Source: Gammaproteobacteria bacterium
GTDB taxonomy: Bacteria > Pseudomonadota > Gammaproteobacteria > JAJDYQ01
Assembly: GCA_965214035.1 (NCBI GenBank)
Contig: OZ243932.1
Span: 937,215 to 1,001,214 of the forward strand
Reading direction: 5' to 3'
Length of the DNA stretch: 64,000 nucleotides
Made by a program: the position numbers and the translations under genes. Numbering within the stretch: the stretch's first letter is position 1; every line of letters begins with the position of its first letter. The notes under the pieces were generated by a model. That model did no database searches and had not been told where the DNA came from. It saw only the letters and a program-made list of their open reading frames with translations. Of the stretch, positions 27,033-37,008 are shown piece by piece.

Positions 27033-30000
27033 CGCGCCGGTCTTTTTCCGACAGTTTCCATTCTGTGACAGCCCGCACCGCCGGCTGGCTGCGCCGTTGC
27101 CGGGGTTCGTCCTCCCGGCCTGAATCTTCCGCTCCTGCGTCTGCCTTATCGAATCCTGACCGTTTAACTTCATCATCCGTCATTCCCGCGAAGGCGGGAA
27201 TCCACAACCGCCGGAACACGCCCCAACCCGATAATCATTCCCCCCTTGAGGGGGAGTCCAATCCGCTTGCGGATTGGGTGGGGGGACACAACCGTCATCC
27301 TGCGCCCCAACCAGCCGTCATTCCCGTGGAAGCGGGAATCCGCAACCATACGGAGATTGCGGTTAACCGTCATCGTAGGGGCGCCCCTCTGTGGGTGCCC
27401 GCTATCGTTGATACCTGTTCCGGTGGTTGCGGGAGGGCACAGAGACCCTCCCCTACGATAACGGTTCGATCACCACACAAAACCCACCTCGCCCGCCGTT
27501 CGTGGCGTGACTTGCTTTCAGCGTTGCTGTGCCTGTCGCTGCTTTTGGTCCTCGCTGCCGGGGAGGCGCAGGCGCAGACCACCCTGTCCATCAGCGCCCC
27601 CGCGGACGCGAACGAGGGCGATGCGGGCACGCGGGACCTCACGTTCACGGTGACCCGGACCGGAGGGACGGCCAATGCGAACTATCAAGTCTGTTTCACC
27701 GGCACGGCGACCATCGACACGACCGCGGCCGGCACCATTCCCGACGCCGCCGACTACCAGCCTTTAACCATCGTCAGCGGAACCGGTTTTCCAGCGGGCA
27801 GCAATTGCCTCACCGGCCAAACCGCCGGCATCGGTTCCGAGGGCATCCGCGTGAAGGGCGACACCGACGCCGAGTCCGACGAAACGGTGATCGCGACGCT
27901 GTCCTTGCGTGGTCCAAACCCCGGCGTCACCCTCGGCAACTCCGTAGTAACCCACACGATCCTCGACGACGACGACCCACAAATCACCATTGCTGCCGAC
28001 ACCGCCTCTGTCGCCGAAGGCACCACCGCCAGCTTTACCATCACGACCAACGCGCCTCCGGCAGACGACCTGACCATTAATTTAACTGTCTCTGATGACG
28101 AAACCAATGGCCAGAACTTTGTCGCTGCCGGTGACGAAGGCAGCAAAACGGTCACCATTCAGGCCGGTCAACTCTCGGCCACTCATACCGTCGCCACAGA
28201 CGACGACAGCACGGCCGAACTGAGCGGTGCGGTCACCGTCACCCTCAACGACGGCACCGGCTACACCGTCGGCTCCACCAACACCGCCACCGTCAACATC
28301 ACCAATGACGACCCCCATGTCGTATCCATCAGCATTGAACCGGAAGAAGCAGAAGGAGATGAAGGCAATAGTGGTGGCTTGACCGATGCCGCCACACTGA
28401 CCTTTACCGTCAATCCGCCATGGCCAGAGAGATTCGGGCTTAGAATCTGTTTGGACGGTGGTACCGCCGAGCGTGGTAGCAGTGCAGACTATCAGTTCAC
28501 ACGCCTGAATGACACAGTGCCTGCTATTGCTCCTGTTGCTGGTGGTTGCGATAGCGCTGTGCTAACCCTCTTCAGCAGTAATCAGGCATCCTCCATCTCA
28601 AAAATCCGGGTCAACGGTGACAGCCTGTTCGAGGCAGACGAAACCGTCACCGTCAGCCTGCAACGAAGCAATAATTTGGGCGGCACCTTCGACACTCCCG
28701 ACGATGTCATCATCTCCCCCACGGCCGGCAGTGTCATCTACACCATCCGCAATGACGATGACCCGCCCATGATTTCCATTGCCGGCGGCAGTCCGGCCAC
28801 CGAGGGAGTCGGCACGCTCACCTACACACTGACGGCGGACAAACCACCGGTCACAGATCTGACCATTGACCTGACCGTCATGGACGTACCCGGCAGTGAC
28901 TTTATTGCAGCAGAAGGCGACCAGACCGTCACCTTCCCGGCCGGCACCACCGCGCTCAACTACGAAATTCCGATCACCGACGATGAAGTCGATGAAGCCA
29001 GCGGCGAGGTCACGGTGACAATCAATGACGGTACCGGTTATACCGCCGGCACCGACACGGCCACCATCAGGGTGCGCGACGACGATAGAACCATCGTCAC
29101 CCTGGACGAAAATCCGGCCGGCGACCTCGATGAAGGCGCCAGCAAACAGATTACTCTCACACTGAACCGTCCGCTGGTTTCAGGTGAGGGACTGGTCTTC
29201 TCGCTCACCCTTGGTGGCACCGCCACGGTGAATACGGACTATACCCTGGCCGGCATACCGGCGGACGGCGTGAGTTACAGTAATCTGGCCCCGCCGACCG
29301 AGAGCTCTGCAATCTCCTTTACCGGCCAGACTTCCGGCTCTGCCACGACCGCCACACTGACCGTGACGGCCATCGCAGATGGTATCTTTGACCCCGGCGA
29401 GGGCATCACCATAGAGTTTGCAACGGGAATAGTAAGCCCGGACGGCGATGCGGGAATACAGGACGCTCGGGGCGGCGGTCCGGTCAGCGCCACCCGAACG
29501 ATTGCCTTCAGGATCAACGAACAACCGGCGCTGGTACTGAATCCATCCACCCTGACCATTGACGAGGGCGATACGGCGACCTACACCGTGTCTCTGGCCA
29601 CCCAGCCCAATGCGCCAGTGGCCATTACTGTAAGCGGTCAGGCCGATACCGATCTGACCTTGAGTGATGATACCCTCAACTTCACCATGATGAACTGGAA
29701 CCAGCCGCAGACCATCATGGTCACCGCCGGGTCGGACGACGACACCCAATCGGATGACCCGATCGCCCTGTTGCACACCGCCACCGGTGGCGACTATGCC
29801 ACCGTCACCGGTGAAGTCACGGTCACCATCACCGAAGACGATACGGCCGGTATCACCGTACAGCCGACCACCCTGGCCGTGGATGAAGACGGCACCAACA
29901 ACTATACCGTGGTACTGACCTCGGCCCCGGCCGGCGAGGTCATCATCACGGTTGATTCGGGCACGGTCGCCACCGTCAATAATGACATGCTGACCTTTGC

Positions 30001-33000
30001 CCAGAGTAACTGGAATCAGGCACAGACGGTCACCGTGACCGGCATGGATGACAATGTCCACAATGCCGGCGATGCACGCTCTGGCACCATCACCCATGCC
30101 ATTAGTCAGGGCGACAGCGGCGATTACCCTATTGGCCGTGAGATTGACCCGGTACAGCTCACCGTCGCCGACAACGACGACCCGGCCTTGAGCATACAGG
30201 TGGTGGGCGACCATACCAGCATTGAAGAAGGCGGTGCCCGCATGATACGGATCACCGTATCGCCGGATACCGGCGAGAGCTTTATGCTGCTCGATGTCCG
30301 TCCCTTGCTGAGGATCAGCGACGGCTATGAGTTGACGCTGGTTCAGACCGACACCAGCCTGAATCCGACCCTGCAATTTGAGGTCAGCGTGACCGACAAT
30401 GATCAGGATGGGGCGGATGGTATGCTGACCATTGATGTTTCCTCCGTGACCGGCTATGCCGCCGGCAGCCCGGCCATGGTACAACTGACTGTCAATGACA
30501 ACGACCAGGCCGATATCCTGATCACCGGGACCGGTAGCGTCACCCGTGTCGCTGAAAACGGCGGCACCGACAGCTACAGGGTGGTACTGACCTCACAGCC
30601 AACCGCCAGCGTCACCGTCACCGCTGCTCCCGGCACCGGCATCACGATGACCGACACCACCCTGACCTTTACCAGCACGGACTGGAACCAACCGCAGACC
30701 CTCATCGTCACCGGTCAGGATAACAATGACGACGATGCCAGCGATCGCCGTGTCGCCATCAGCCATACCCTGAGCGGCGATAGCCAATACAGCGGCCTCA
30801 GCATTGACGACCTGATGGTCATGGTTGATGACGACGACCCGACCGAAGTCAGCCTGACCCGCACCGGCAGCACGGGCGCCATTGATGAAGGCCAGGCCGT
30901 TACCTTCACGGTCGAGTTAGGTCGTGCCCTGATCGCCGGCGAAATCATCGAGGTACCTCTGAGCGTAACCGGTACCGATGTCGAACTGACCGACTGGAGC
31001 CTGGCACTACAATCGGGCACGGGTGTGGTTCTGTCCAATGAGGACACAATGACCCCACAACTGAGTTTTGAGAATGCTGGCGCACAGACGGCTGAACTGA
31101 CCTTGACCGCCATCGGCGACAATACGATGGAGGGCGGTGGTTCCGAGACCTTCATCATTGCCCTGGGGCCGGACGGCACGGTCACCAATGGCTTTGACCA
31201 CAGCAGTCTGAACACGAATGTGGGCGGCGGTGCCGATCCGGATTCACCCGACCATTTCAGTGTGCAGGTCAACGATGTCATGGTGATGCCGATGATCACC
31301 ATCACCGGCGGTACCACGGTCACAGAAGGAATGGGCAGTGCCAGCTTTACCCTGACCGCCACACCGGCTCCGACGGACGCCCTGACCCTGATGCTCAATA
31401 TCAGCGGCGGCAGCGGTTTTATCGCCACCAGCGGCGCACAGTCAGTCACCCTGAATAGTGGTTCCAGCACGGTGACCTATTTGATTGCGACGCAGGGCGA
31501 TGCCGTGGATGAGGCGAATGGCACGGTCACCGTGACGGTGGGTGATGGTGCGGGCTATGAAGTGGGCGATCCGTCCGAGGTGTCCGCGTCCGTCGCGATA
31601 CATGACGACGATGCCACCACAGTCACGCTGGCCGGTGATCCTGGTAATGTGGCCGAAGGCGACAGCAAACCGCTCACCCTCACCCTGGGTCGTGCCCTGA
31701 CGGCCGGCGAACAACTGACCGTGCCGCTGACCTTCGGCGGTACGGCTGTCTTCGGCACCGACTACACACTGACCGGCACCACAGCCAATGGCGTGGATTA
31801 CAGCGATCTGAGCGGCGGCAGCGTGATCTTCAGCGCCGGTGGTCAGATGGCCACCCTGACCCTGATGGCACAAACGGATGCCGTGGCCGAGACCGGCGGC
31901 GAAACGGTCCGCATTGCTCTGGGCACACTGGACAGCAGTTCCGGCACCAACCTGGGCGGCGGTGCCTCTGGCACGACCAATCTGGACGAGTTTACGATTG
32001 AGGAACAACCGGCGCTGGTATTGAGCACGACCCGCCTGACCCTCATTGAAGGCGACAGTGCCAGCTACCGAGTCAGCCTGGCAGTCGCACCGAGCGCCGA
32101 TGTCATGGTGACCCTCACCGGCACCAATGCCGAACTACAGGCCGATGACACCACCCTGACCTTTACCTCACAGAACTGGGGTAACCCGCAGACCGTCACG
32201 CTGACGGCGGTCACGGACAGTAACACCGTGACGGATCAGGTGACGCTGACCCACAGTGCCGATGCCGGCTATGATTCCGTCATGGCCAGCCTGACGGTGG
32301 AGCTGATTGACAGCACACCACAGTTGAGTTTCTCGCAGACCACGATTGATCTGAATGAAGGTGACAGCACGACTTATACACTGCAACTATCGGCTGAGCC
32401 GGTCGGCACGGTGACGGTCGCACTGAGCGGTTATGACGGCACTGCGCTGGCGCCGCAGCCGCTTGAGTTGACCTTTACACAGGATAACTGGAATCAGGCA
32501 CAGACGATTACCCTGAGCGCCGGCACGGACAGCAACAGCGTGAATGAGGCTGACGTGACACTGGTTCATACGGCGGATGCCGGCTACGGCGAGGAGGTCA
32601 CGGAAGACGTGACGGTGACGATTGCCGACACCGACGCACCGCGCCTGATTGTGGGTGTCAATACCCTGAGCGTGACCGAGCAGGGCAGTGCGACCTACAC
32701 GGTCACCCTGACCACCGAGCCGAGTGCCGATGTCACGGTGACGATTACCGGTCAATCCGGTGATCTGAGAGTGGATAGCGGCACTGAGCTGACCTTCACG
32801 CAGTCCAACTGGAATGAGGGACAGGTGGTCACACTGTCAGCCATTGCCGACGATGACAGCGAGGATGAGGCGTTGATCACCCTGACGCACACGGCGTCCG
32901 GTGGTGGATACGGGACTGCCTCGGCGGAACGGTTATCGGTGCGCATTCTGGACAGCACACGGGGTTTGGTGCTCTCAGAGAGCAGCCTGGATATGGAAGA

Positions 33001-35368
33001 AAATGATACCGCGAGCTACACGGTGCGTCTGGCGCTGCGTCCGATGGCGGATGTGACGGTGAGTGTATCTTCCGGGGATGCGACCCGCCTGCGGGTGACC
33101 GGTGGTGACAGCCTGACCTTTACGCCGACCAACTGGAATCAGGCACAGACGGTGACGGTGATGGCCGCAGACGACATTGACAGTGATGCCAATCGGGTGC
33201 TGCTGACCCATACGGCGGATGCCGACTATGGTGCGGTGCAGGCTGTGCTGCCGGTTGAGATTGCCGATGACGATGTGCCGCGTCTGCTGCTGAGTGTTGA
33301 TGAGTTGAGCTTGATTGAAGGCGGCAGTGCGAGCTACACGGTAGCACTGGGTACCCGTCCATCGGGCAATGTGACGGTCGCACTGAGCGGTCAGGGCAGC
33401 GCTCTGAGGCCGGACAGGTCCGAACTGACTTTTGATGCAAGCAACTGGGCTCAGGCGCAGACCATCACGCTGACGGCGGCCATGGACAGTAACACCGATG
33501 ATGGTCAAGTGAGATTGACTCACACAGCCAGTGGTGGCTATAGTGCGGCCCCGGTCCGCCTGCCGGTGACCATCACCGACAGTTCGCCGCAGTTGCAGTT
33601 TTCACGCATGGCGATTGATCTCGATGAAGGCGGCAGTACCCGCTACACCGTGCGCCTGTCGGCTCGGCCGGTGGCGGAAGTCACAGTCATGCTCAGCGGT
33701 CATGCCGGTACCGGCATGAGCGTGAATCCGCTTGAGTTGACCTTTGGCCTGACGGACTGGAATCAGGCACAGACCATTACCTTGACGGCCGGCACGGACA
33801 GCAACAGTGTGGATGAGACCATCACGTTGACCCATAGCGCGAATGCCGGCTACGGTGAGGTGACGGAAGAGGTGACGGTCACGGTCCGGGACAGCGATGA
33901 ATCGGCCGACATGACGGCCATGCAGGCCGCACAGCAGATGTGGCTGCCGCGCTTTGGTCTGACGGCCGTCGAGCACATGCTGGGTGGTCTGGATTACCGA
34001 TTCACAGCATCGAGTCAGCCGGGTCTGTCGGGCAATCTGAACGGTCTGCCGCGCGGTCAGTCATTCAATGCGGCGCGTCTGTTGTCCAGCCGTGGCAGCC
34101 CGGATGCCAGTGCGATGGGTATTGAGCAGTTGGGTGCCGGTTCGTCGGATCGTCCGCGCAAGCTGTCACGCACCCTGTCACTGCCGAAGCTGCTGCCGTC
34201 GTTGCTGCGTGGTAGTCATTTCACATTCCGTGACGAGGACGGTACTTCGATCTGGGGGCGTGCCTCGTATTCGAGCTATAAAGACGCCGACGATGGTACT
34301 TCGATAGACGGCGAGGTCACCACGGCCATGCTGGGTGTTGACCACAGCAGTGGTCGGACGCTGCTGGGTCTGGCACTGGCCTACAGCGACAGCGATGGCG
34401 AATGGCAGAGTGCATCAGCATCGGACGAAGGTGATCTGTCCGGTACGCTGGCCTCCCTGCTGCCGTACCTGCGTTATGACCTGACGGAGCGTCTGCAACT
34501 GTGGGGTGCGGCGAGCTACGGTCGAGGTGATCTGGAGCAGACTTCACAGACCGGCAGGTCGGAGCACGATCTGGAGCAGGTATCGGCCACCGCCGGTCTG
34601 CGCGGTACGTTGCTGGATCGTCCGGTGGAAGAGGGCGGTTTGAGTCTGAGGCTGATTTCGGGCCTGACACTGGCGCGTATCAAGTCGGATGATTCCCGCG
34701 TCATGGCGGGCACCGAGGCGGATACGCAGCGTTTCCGCATGGGTCTGGCCTGGTCCTGGCAGTTACCGGAAGAGGACGGTGTGCGTCTGACACCGGAACT
34801 GGAGCTGGGTCTGCGTTATGACGGCGGCGATACCAGCGAAGGCTTTGGTCTGGAGCTGGGCGGCGGCCTGAGCTGGCAGACACCGGCCAAGGGTTTGACG
34901 GTGGATATACGCGGTCGCTATCTGCTGGAGCATGAGGCTGCCGAGCGTGAGGAGTGGGGTCTGTCCGGCTCACTGCGCTACGAGGCGTGGCCAAACTCGG
35001 CCTATGGCCCATCGTTCAGCCTGCGCCATGAGTACGGCAATGCACCGGCGGCCAGCGGTCTGGATCGGTTGTTATCGGATTCATTGACGGATGCGCTGGA
35101 GGAAGAAGACAACCGACATACTGCTGCCGTATCGAGCCGCTGGACGCTGAAAGGCGAGTGGGGCTTTGCCCTGACAGACGATGCCACCGGCATCCCCTAT
35201 GCGAGCCTGTCGGCCTCCGATGCGAAACGTGATCTGACCCTCGGCTGGCGTCTGTTGTCGAACCCGGCTGGCCTGAAGTCGAAGCTGGATATCAAGGCCA
35301 TCCGCCGCGAGCAGGATGACAATAACCCGCGCCATAGCGTCGGCGCACAGTGGAAGCTGAATTGGTAG
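26984..35368 (+). CDS. Giant modular surface protein, copy 2 (~2620-2794 aa). The domain repertoire and C-terminal beta-barrel domain match copy 1. The 5' end is rearranged, and the true start probably lies near 27500 (TTG 27512), just before the signal peptide.
   Basis: The ORF is long and uninterrupted. Its first ~170 codons translate the repeat-element insertion. The signal-peptide-like LLSALLCLSLLLVLAAGEAQAQ is at 27512..27580. The C-terminal 490 aa are ~95 percent identical to copy 1. Confidence 0.75.
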   Translation: MHSCREAGASEPPGWLTRRSFSDSFHSVTARTAGWLRRCRGSSSRPESSAPASALSNPDRLTSSSVIPAKAGIHNRRNTPQPDNHSPLEGESNPLADWVGGHNRHPAPQPAVIPVEAGIRNHTEIAVNRHRRGAPLWVPAIVDTCSGGCGRAQRPSPTITVRSPHKTHLARRSWRDLLSALLCLSLLLVLAAGEAQAQTTLSISAPADANEGDAGTRDLTFTVTRTGGTANANYQVCFTGTATIDTTAAGTIPDAADYQPLTIVSGTGFPAGSNCLTGQTAGIGSEGIRVKGDTDAESDETVIATLSLRGPNPGVTLGNSVVTHTILDDDDPQITIAADTASVAEGTTASFTITTNAPPADDLTINLTVSDDETNGQNFVAAGDEGSKTVTIQAGQLSATHTVATDDDSTAELSGAVTVTLNDGTGYTVGSTNTATVNITNDDPHVVSISIEPEEAEGDEGNSGGLTDAATLTFTVNPPWPERFGLRICLDGGTAERGSSADYQFTRLNDTVPAIAPVAGGCDSAVLTLFSSNQASSISKIRVNGDSLFEADETVTVSLQRSNNLGGTFDTPDDVIISPTAGSVIYTIRNDDDPPMISIAGGSPATEGVGTLTYTLTADKPPVTDLTIDLTVMDVPGSDFIAAEGDQTVTFPAGTTALNYEIPITDDEVDEASGEVTVTINDGTGYTAGTDTATIRVRDDDRTIVTLDENPAGDLDEGASKQITLTLNRPLVSGEGLVFSLTLGGTATVNTDYTLAGIPADGVSYSNLAPPTESSAISFTGQTSGSATTATLTVTAIADGIFDPGEGITIEFATGIVSPDGDAGIQDARGGGPVSATRTIAFRINEQPALVLNPSTLTIDEGDTATYTVSLATQPNAPVAITVSGQADTDLTLSDDTLNFTMMNWNQPQTIMVTAGSDDDTQSDDPIALLHTATGGDYATVTGEVTVTITEDDTAGITVQPTTLAVDEDGTNNYTVVLTSAPAGEVIITVDSGTVATVNNDMLTFAQSNWNQAQTVTVTGMDDNVHNAGDARSGTITHAISQGDSGDYPIGREIDPVQLTVADNDDPALSIQVVGDHTSIEEGGARMIRITVSPDTGESFMLLDVRPLLRISDGYELTLVQTDTSLNPTLQFEVSVTDNDQDGADGMLTIDVSSVTGYAAGSPAMVQLTVNDNDQADILITGTGSVTRVAENGGTDSYRVVLTSQPTASVTVTAAPGTGITMTDTTLTFTSTDWNQPQTLIVTGQDNNDDDASDRRVAISHTLSGDSQYSGLSIDDLMVMVDDDDPTEVSLTRTGSTGAIDEGQAVTFTVELGRALIAGEIIEVPLSVTGTDVELTDWSLALQSGTGVVLSNEDTMTPQLSFENAGAQTAELTLTAIGDNTMEGGGSETFIIALGPDGTVTNGFDHSSLNTNVGGGADPDSPDHFSVQVNDVMVMPMITITGGTTVTEGMGSASFTLTATPAPTDALTLMLNISGGSGFIATSGAQSVTLNSGSSTVTYLIATQGDAVDEANGTVTVTVGDGAGYEVGDPSEVSASVAIHDDDATTVTLAGDPGNVAEGDSKPLTLTLGRALTAGEQLTVPLTFGGTAVFGTDYTLTGTTANGVDYSDLSGGSVIFSAGGQMATLTLMAQTDAVAETGGETVRIALGTLDSSSGTNLGGGASGTTNLDEFTIEEQPALVLSTTRLTLIEGDSASYRVSLAVAPSADVMVTLTGTNAELQADDTTLTFTSQNWGNPQTVTLTAVTDSNTVTDQVTLTHSADAGYDSVMASLTVELIDSTPQLSFSQTTIDLNEGDSTTYTLQLSAEPVGTVTVALSGYDGTALAPQPLELTFTQDNWNQAQTITLSAGTDSNSVNEADVTLVHTADAGYGEEVTEDVTVTIADTDAPRLIVGVNTLSVTEQGSATYTVTLTTEPSADVTVTITGQSGDLRVDSGTELTFTQSNWNEGQVVTLSAIADDDSEDEALITLTHTASGGGYGTASAERLSVRILDSTRGLVLSESSLDMEENDTASYTVRLALRPMADVTVSVSSGDATRLRVTGGDSLTFTPTNWNQAQTVTVMAADDIDSDANRVLLTHTADADYGAVQAVLPVEIADDDVPRLLLSVDELSLIEGGSASYTVALGTRPSGNVTVALSGQGSALRPDRSELTFDASNWAQAQTITLTAAMDSNTDDGQVRLTHTASGGYSAAPVRLPVTITDSSPQLQFSRMAIDLDEGGSTRYTVRLSARPVAEVTVMLSGHAGTGMSVNPLELTFGLTDWNQAQTITLTAGTDSNSVDETITLTHSANAGYGEVTEEVTVTVRDSDESADMTAMQAAQQMWLPRFGLTAVEHMLGGLDYRFTASSQPGLSGNLNGLPRGQSFNAARLLSSRGSPDASAMGIEQLGAGSSDRPRKLSRTLSLPKLLPSLLRGSHFTFRDEDGTSIWGRASYSSYKDADDGTSIDGEVTTAMLGVDHSSGRTLLGLALAYSDSDGEWQSASASDEGDLSGTLASLLPYLRYDLTERLQLWGAASYGRGDLEQTSQTGRSEHDLEQVSATAGLRGTLLDRPVEEGGLSLRLISGLTLARIKSDDSRVMAGTEADTQRFRMGLAWSWQLPEEDGVRLTPELELGLRYDGGDTSEGFGLELGGGLSWQTPAKGLTVDIRGRYLLEHEAAEREEWGLSGSLRYEAWPNSAYGPSFSLRHEYGNAPAASGLDRLLSDSLTDALEEEDNRHTAAVSSRWTLKGEWGFALTDDATGIPYASLSASDAKRDLTLGWRLLSNPAGLKSKLDIKAIRREQDDNNPRHSVGAQWKLNW
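27101..27470 (+). repeat. Cluster of small palindromic repeat elements (REP or MITE-like) inserted in the copy-2 5' region. It includes two ATTCCC-N8-GGGAAT hairpins and several other perfect hairpins.
   Basis: The hairpins are ATTCCCGCGAAGGCGGGAAT (27180..27199) and ATTCCCGTGGAAGCGGGAAT. CAATCCGCttGCGGATTG, CCCCCttgaGGGGG and GGGGCGCCCC are also present. A flanking 10-bp inverted repeat ATCGTAGGGG...CCCCTACGAT is present. The whole segment is absent from copy 1. Confidence 0.7.
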
Positions 35369-35376
35369 GAAGTCCG

Positions 35377-35446
35377 TAGCCGGCACCTCTCTGCCGGCTG
35401 TTGCGGGGCCGGATCCATCCGTATTGTCACCGGCCCCGCTTTTTTA
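35377..35446 (+). terminator. Intrinsic terminator downstream of giant gene copy 2.
   Basis: GCGGGGCCGG-N17-CCGGCCCCGC is a perfect 10-bp stem, followed by TTTTTT. Confidence 0.55.
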
Positions 35447-35474
35447 TGGCTCCAACCGTCCATGCCTGACACGC

Positions 35475-35712
35475 TCAGGCATAGTACGACGCAAAAGGAA
35501 TTTCTCAGGTTGTGGTTGGCTTCGCATAACTTATCCAGTAGTTCAGGGGTCGATATTTCACATACTGTCGCCGTCTCTAATGCCATAGCGGTGGAATTGG
35601 GACATATACCCCCAGCCCATCCAGACCCACAATCTCGCCGGGCAGGTAAAAGCCGGTTATCTGCTCCCGGCCCTGCTCGTTAATGATGAATGTTTTATAA
35701 GAACCTGAGCTG
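35475..35712 (-). pseudogene. Decayed FNR/CRP-family regulator remnant (second copy).
   Basis: The degenerate pieces match those at 25015..25252. The ORF track lists 35197..35586 (MALETATVCEISTPELLDKLCEANHNLRNSF...). Confidence 0.5.
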
Positions 35713-35769
35713 ACAGCGAAAATCCTTCATGATGCTGCTTTCTGCATTATGATAGCAATATCCGTTTGA

Positions 35770-36558
35770 ATGGTTATCCAGATCATGGTTTTGCCTCCAA
35801 AACGACAGGGCCGCTCGCTTTCCGAATGGTTTCAGACAACAGCAGGAGCAGACTTACTGGAAAAGGAAAATGCCCTGTTGAAGAAAGTCCTGCCGGAGCT
35901 GTTTGGCTATCATCTACTGTGGACCGGGGAAGGGAATTATTGGTCGGGTGTTGCAGCTTCATCGGTCGCACACCATGTCCGCCTGCAGGCACCGGATAAA
36001 TCCGCTGCCAAAGATTGTGATGTCATCGGCAGCCATACCAGCCTGCCTGTTCAGCGGGACAGCATTGATGTTGTCATTCTGCCGCATCTTCTGGAGTATG
36101 ACCCACACCCACATGCGATCCTGAGAGAGGCCGAACGTGTACTCCATCCAAACGGCCATATCATCATTTTGGGATTTAATCCGGTCGGCTATCATGGGTT
36201 CTGCCGGGTATTATCCGGATTCCGGGGTAATATGCCGTGGCAGGGACATTTTTATCATCCCTTGCGCATCCGAGACTGGCTTAAATTGCTTGGTTTTGTT
36301 GTTAAGTCAGTAAGTTACACTGCTTTTTTACCGTCAATTCGATATGAAAAAATGGCCCGATGCAGCAGATTTATTGAAAAGGCGGGGCAGGGGATGCTTG
36401 CGCCGTTGAGTGGTGTGTATATGATCACCGCTCGTAATTTGATCGTTACCTCCAATGTGATCAAGCCTGGGCGGAGCAGGAAAAAGGCGGTTCTTGATGG
36501 GGTGGCAGAACCGACAACCCGCATCTGTTTGCCGAATAAGCGGCTCCGGGAAGTATGA
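35770..36558 (+). CDS. Class I SAM-dependent methyltransferase, YafS-like.
   Basis: The product is 262 aa. Its stop overlaps the rnhA start (ATGA). The yafS-rnhA-dnaQ order matches E. coli. Confidence 0.75.
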   Translation: MVIQIMVLPPKRQGRSLSEWFQTTAGADLLEKENALLKKVLPELFGYHLLWTGEGNYWSGVAASSVAHHVRLQAPDKSAAKDCDVIGSHTSLPVQRDSIDVVILPHLLEYDPHPHAILREAERVLHPNGHIIILGFNPVGYHGFCRVLSGFRGNMPWQGHFYHPLRIRDWLKLLGFVVKSVSYTAFLPSIRYEKMARCSRFIEKAGQGMLAPLSGVYMITARNLIVTSNVIKPGRSRKKAVLDGVAEPTTRICLPNKRLREV

Positions 36559-37001
36559 GCAAAGTAGAAATTTTTGTCGATGGTGCCTGTCGCGGTAATC
36601 CCGGTCGCGGCGGCTGGGGTGCATTGATGCGCTACAGAGGGCAGGAAAAATCCTTTAATGGGGGGGAAGTGGACACAACCAATAATCGTATGGAGCTGGC
36701 AGCGGCAATTATGGCACTGGAAAAATTGAAGCGCCCAAGTGAGGTTGTGCTGACAACAGATTCGCAGTATGTAAAAAAAGGCATCAGTGAGTGGATCCAT
36801 AACTGGAAAAAAAATGGCTGGAAAACCACCGCTAAAAAACCGGTAAAAAACATGGATCTCTGGCAGCGTCTTGAGCAGGCAGTCAGTCAGCATAATGTGG
36901 AGTGGTGCTGGATAAAGGGCCACAGCGGTCATCGGGAGAATGAAATAGCCGATAGACTGGCTAATGCGGCTATTGATGCACTACCCCCGGATAAGCCATA
37001 A
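36555..37001 (+). CDS. rnhA: Ribonuclease HI.
   Basis: The product is 148 aa and starts [23 protein letters not shown]. The TDSQYV motif is present. Confidence 0.9.
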   Translation: MSKVEIFVDGACRGNPGRGGWGALMRYRGQEKSFNGGEVDTTNNRMELAAAIMALEKLKRPSEVVLTTDSQYVKKGISEWIHNWKKNGWKTTAKKPVKNMDLWQRLEQAVSQHNVEWCWIKGHSGHRENEIADRLANAAIDALPPDKP

Positions 37002-37008
37002 TCCCGAT

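Noticed and set aside
27101-27470. Neisserial origin (horizontal transfer from Neisseria), suggested by the dRS3-like ATTCCC-N8-GGGAAT hairpins and poly-C phase-variation motifs.
   Set aside because: No neisserial DNA uptake sequence (GCCGTCTGAA) is visible. Gene order (pepA-holC, yafS-rnhA-dnaQ, uvrC-pgsA-tRNA Gly-Cys-Leu, ppiB-lpxH, guaBA-xseA) is gamma-proteobacterial. The similarity is more likely convergent use of similar hairpin repeats.
26984-27511. A genuine ~170-aa N-terminal extension on copy 2 (VIPAKAGIHNRR..., PAVIPVEAGIRNH...).
   Set aside because: These residues are in-frame translations of palindromic repeat elements. They precede the signal peptide, so they would not make a functional secreted N-terminus. 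A start near 27500 is more plausible.
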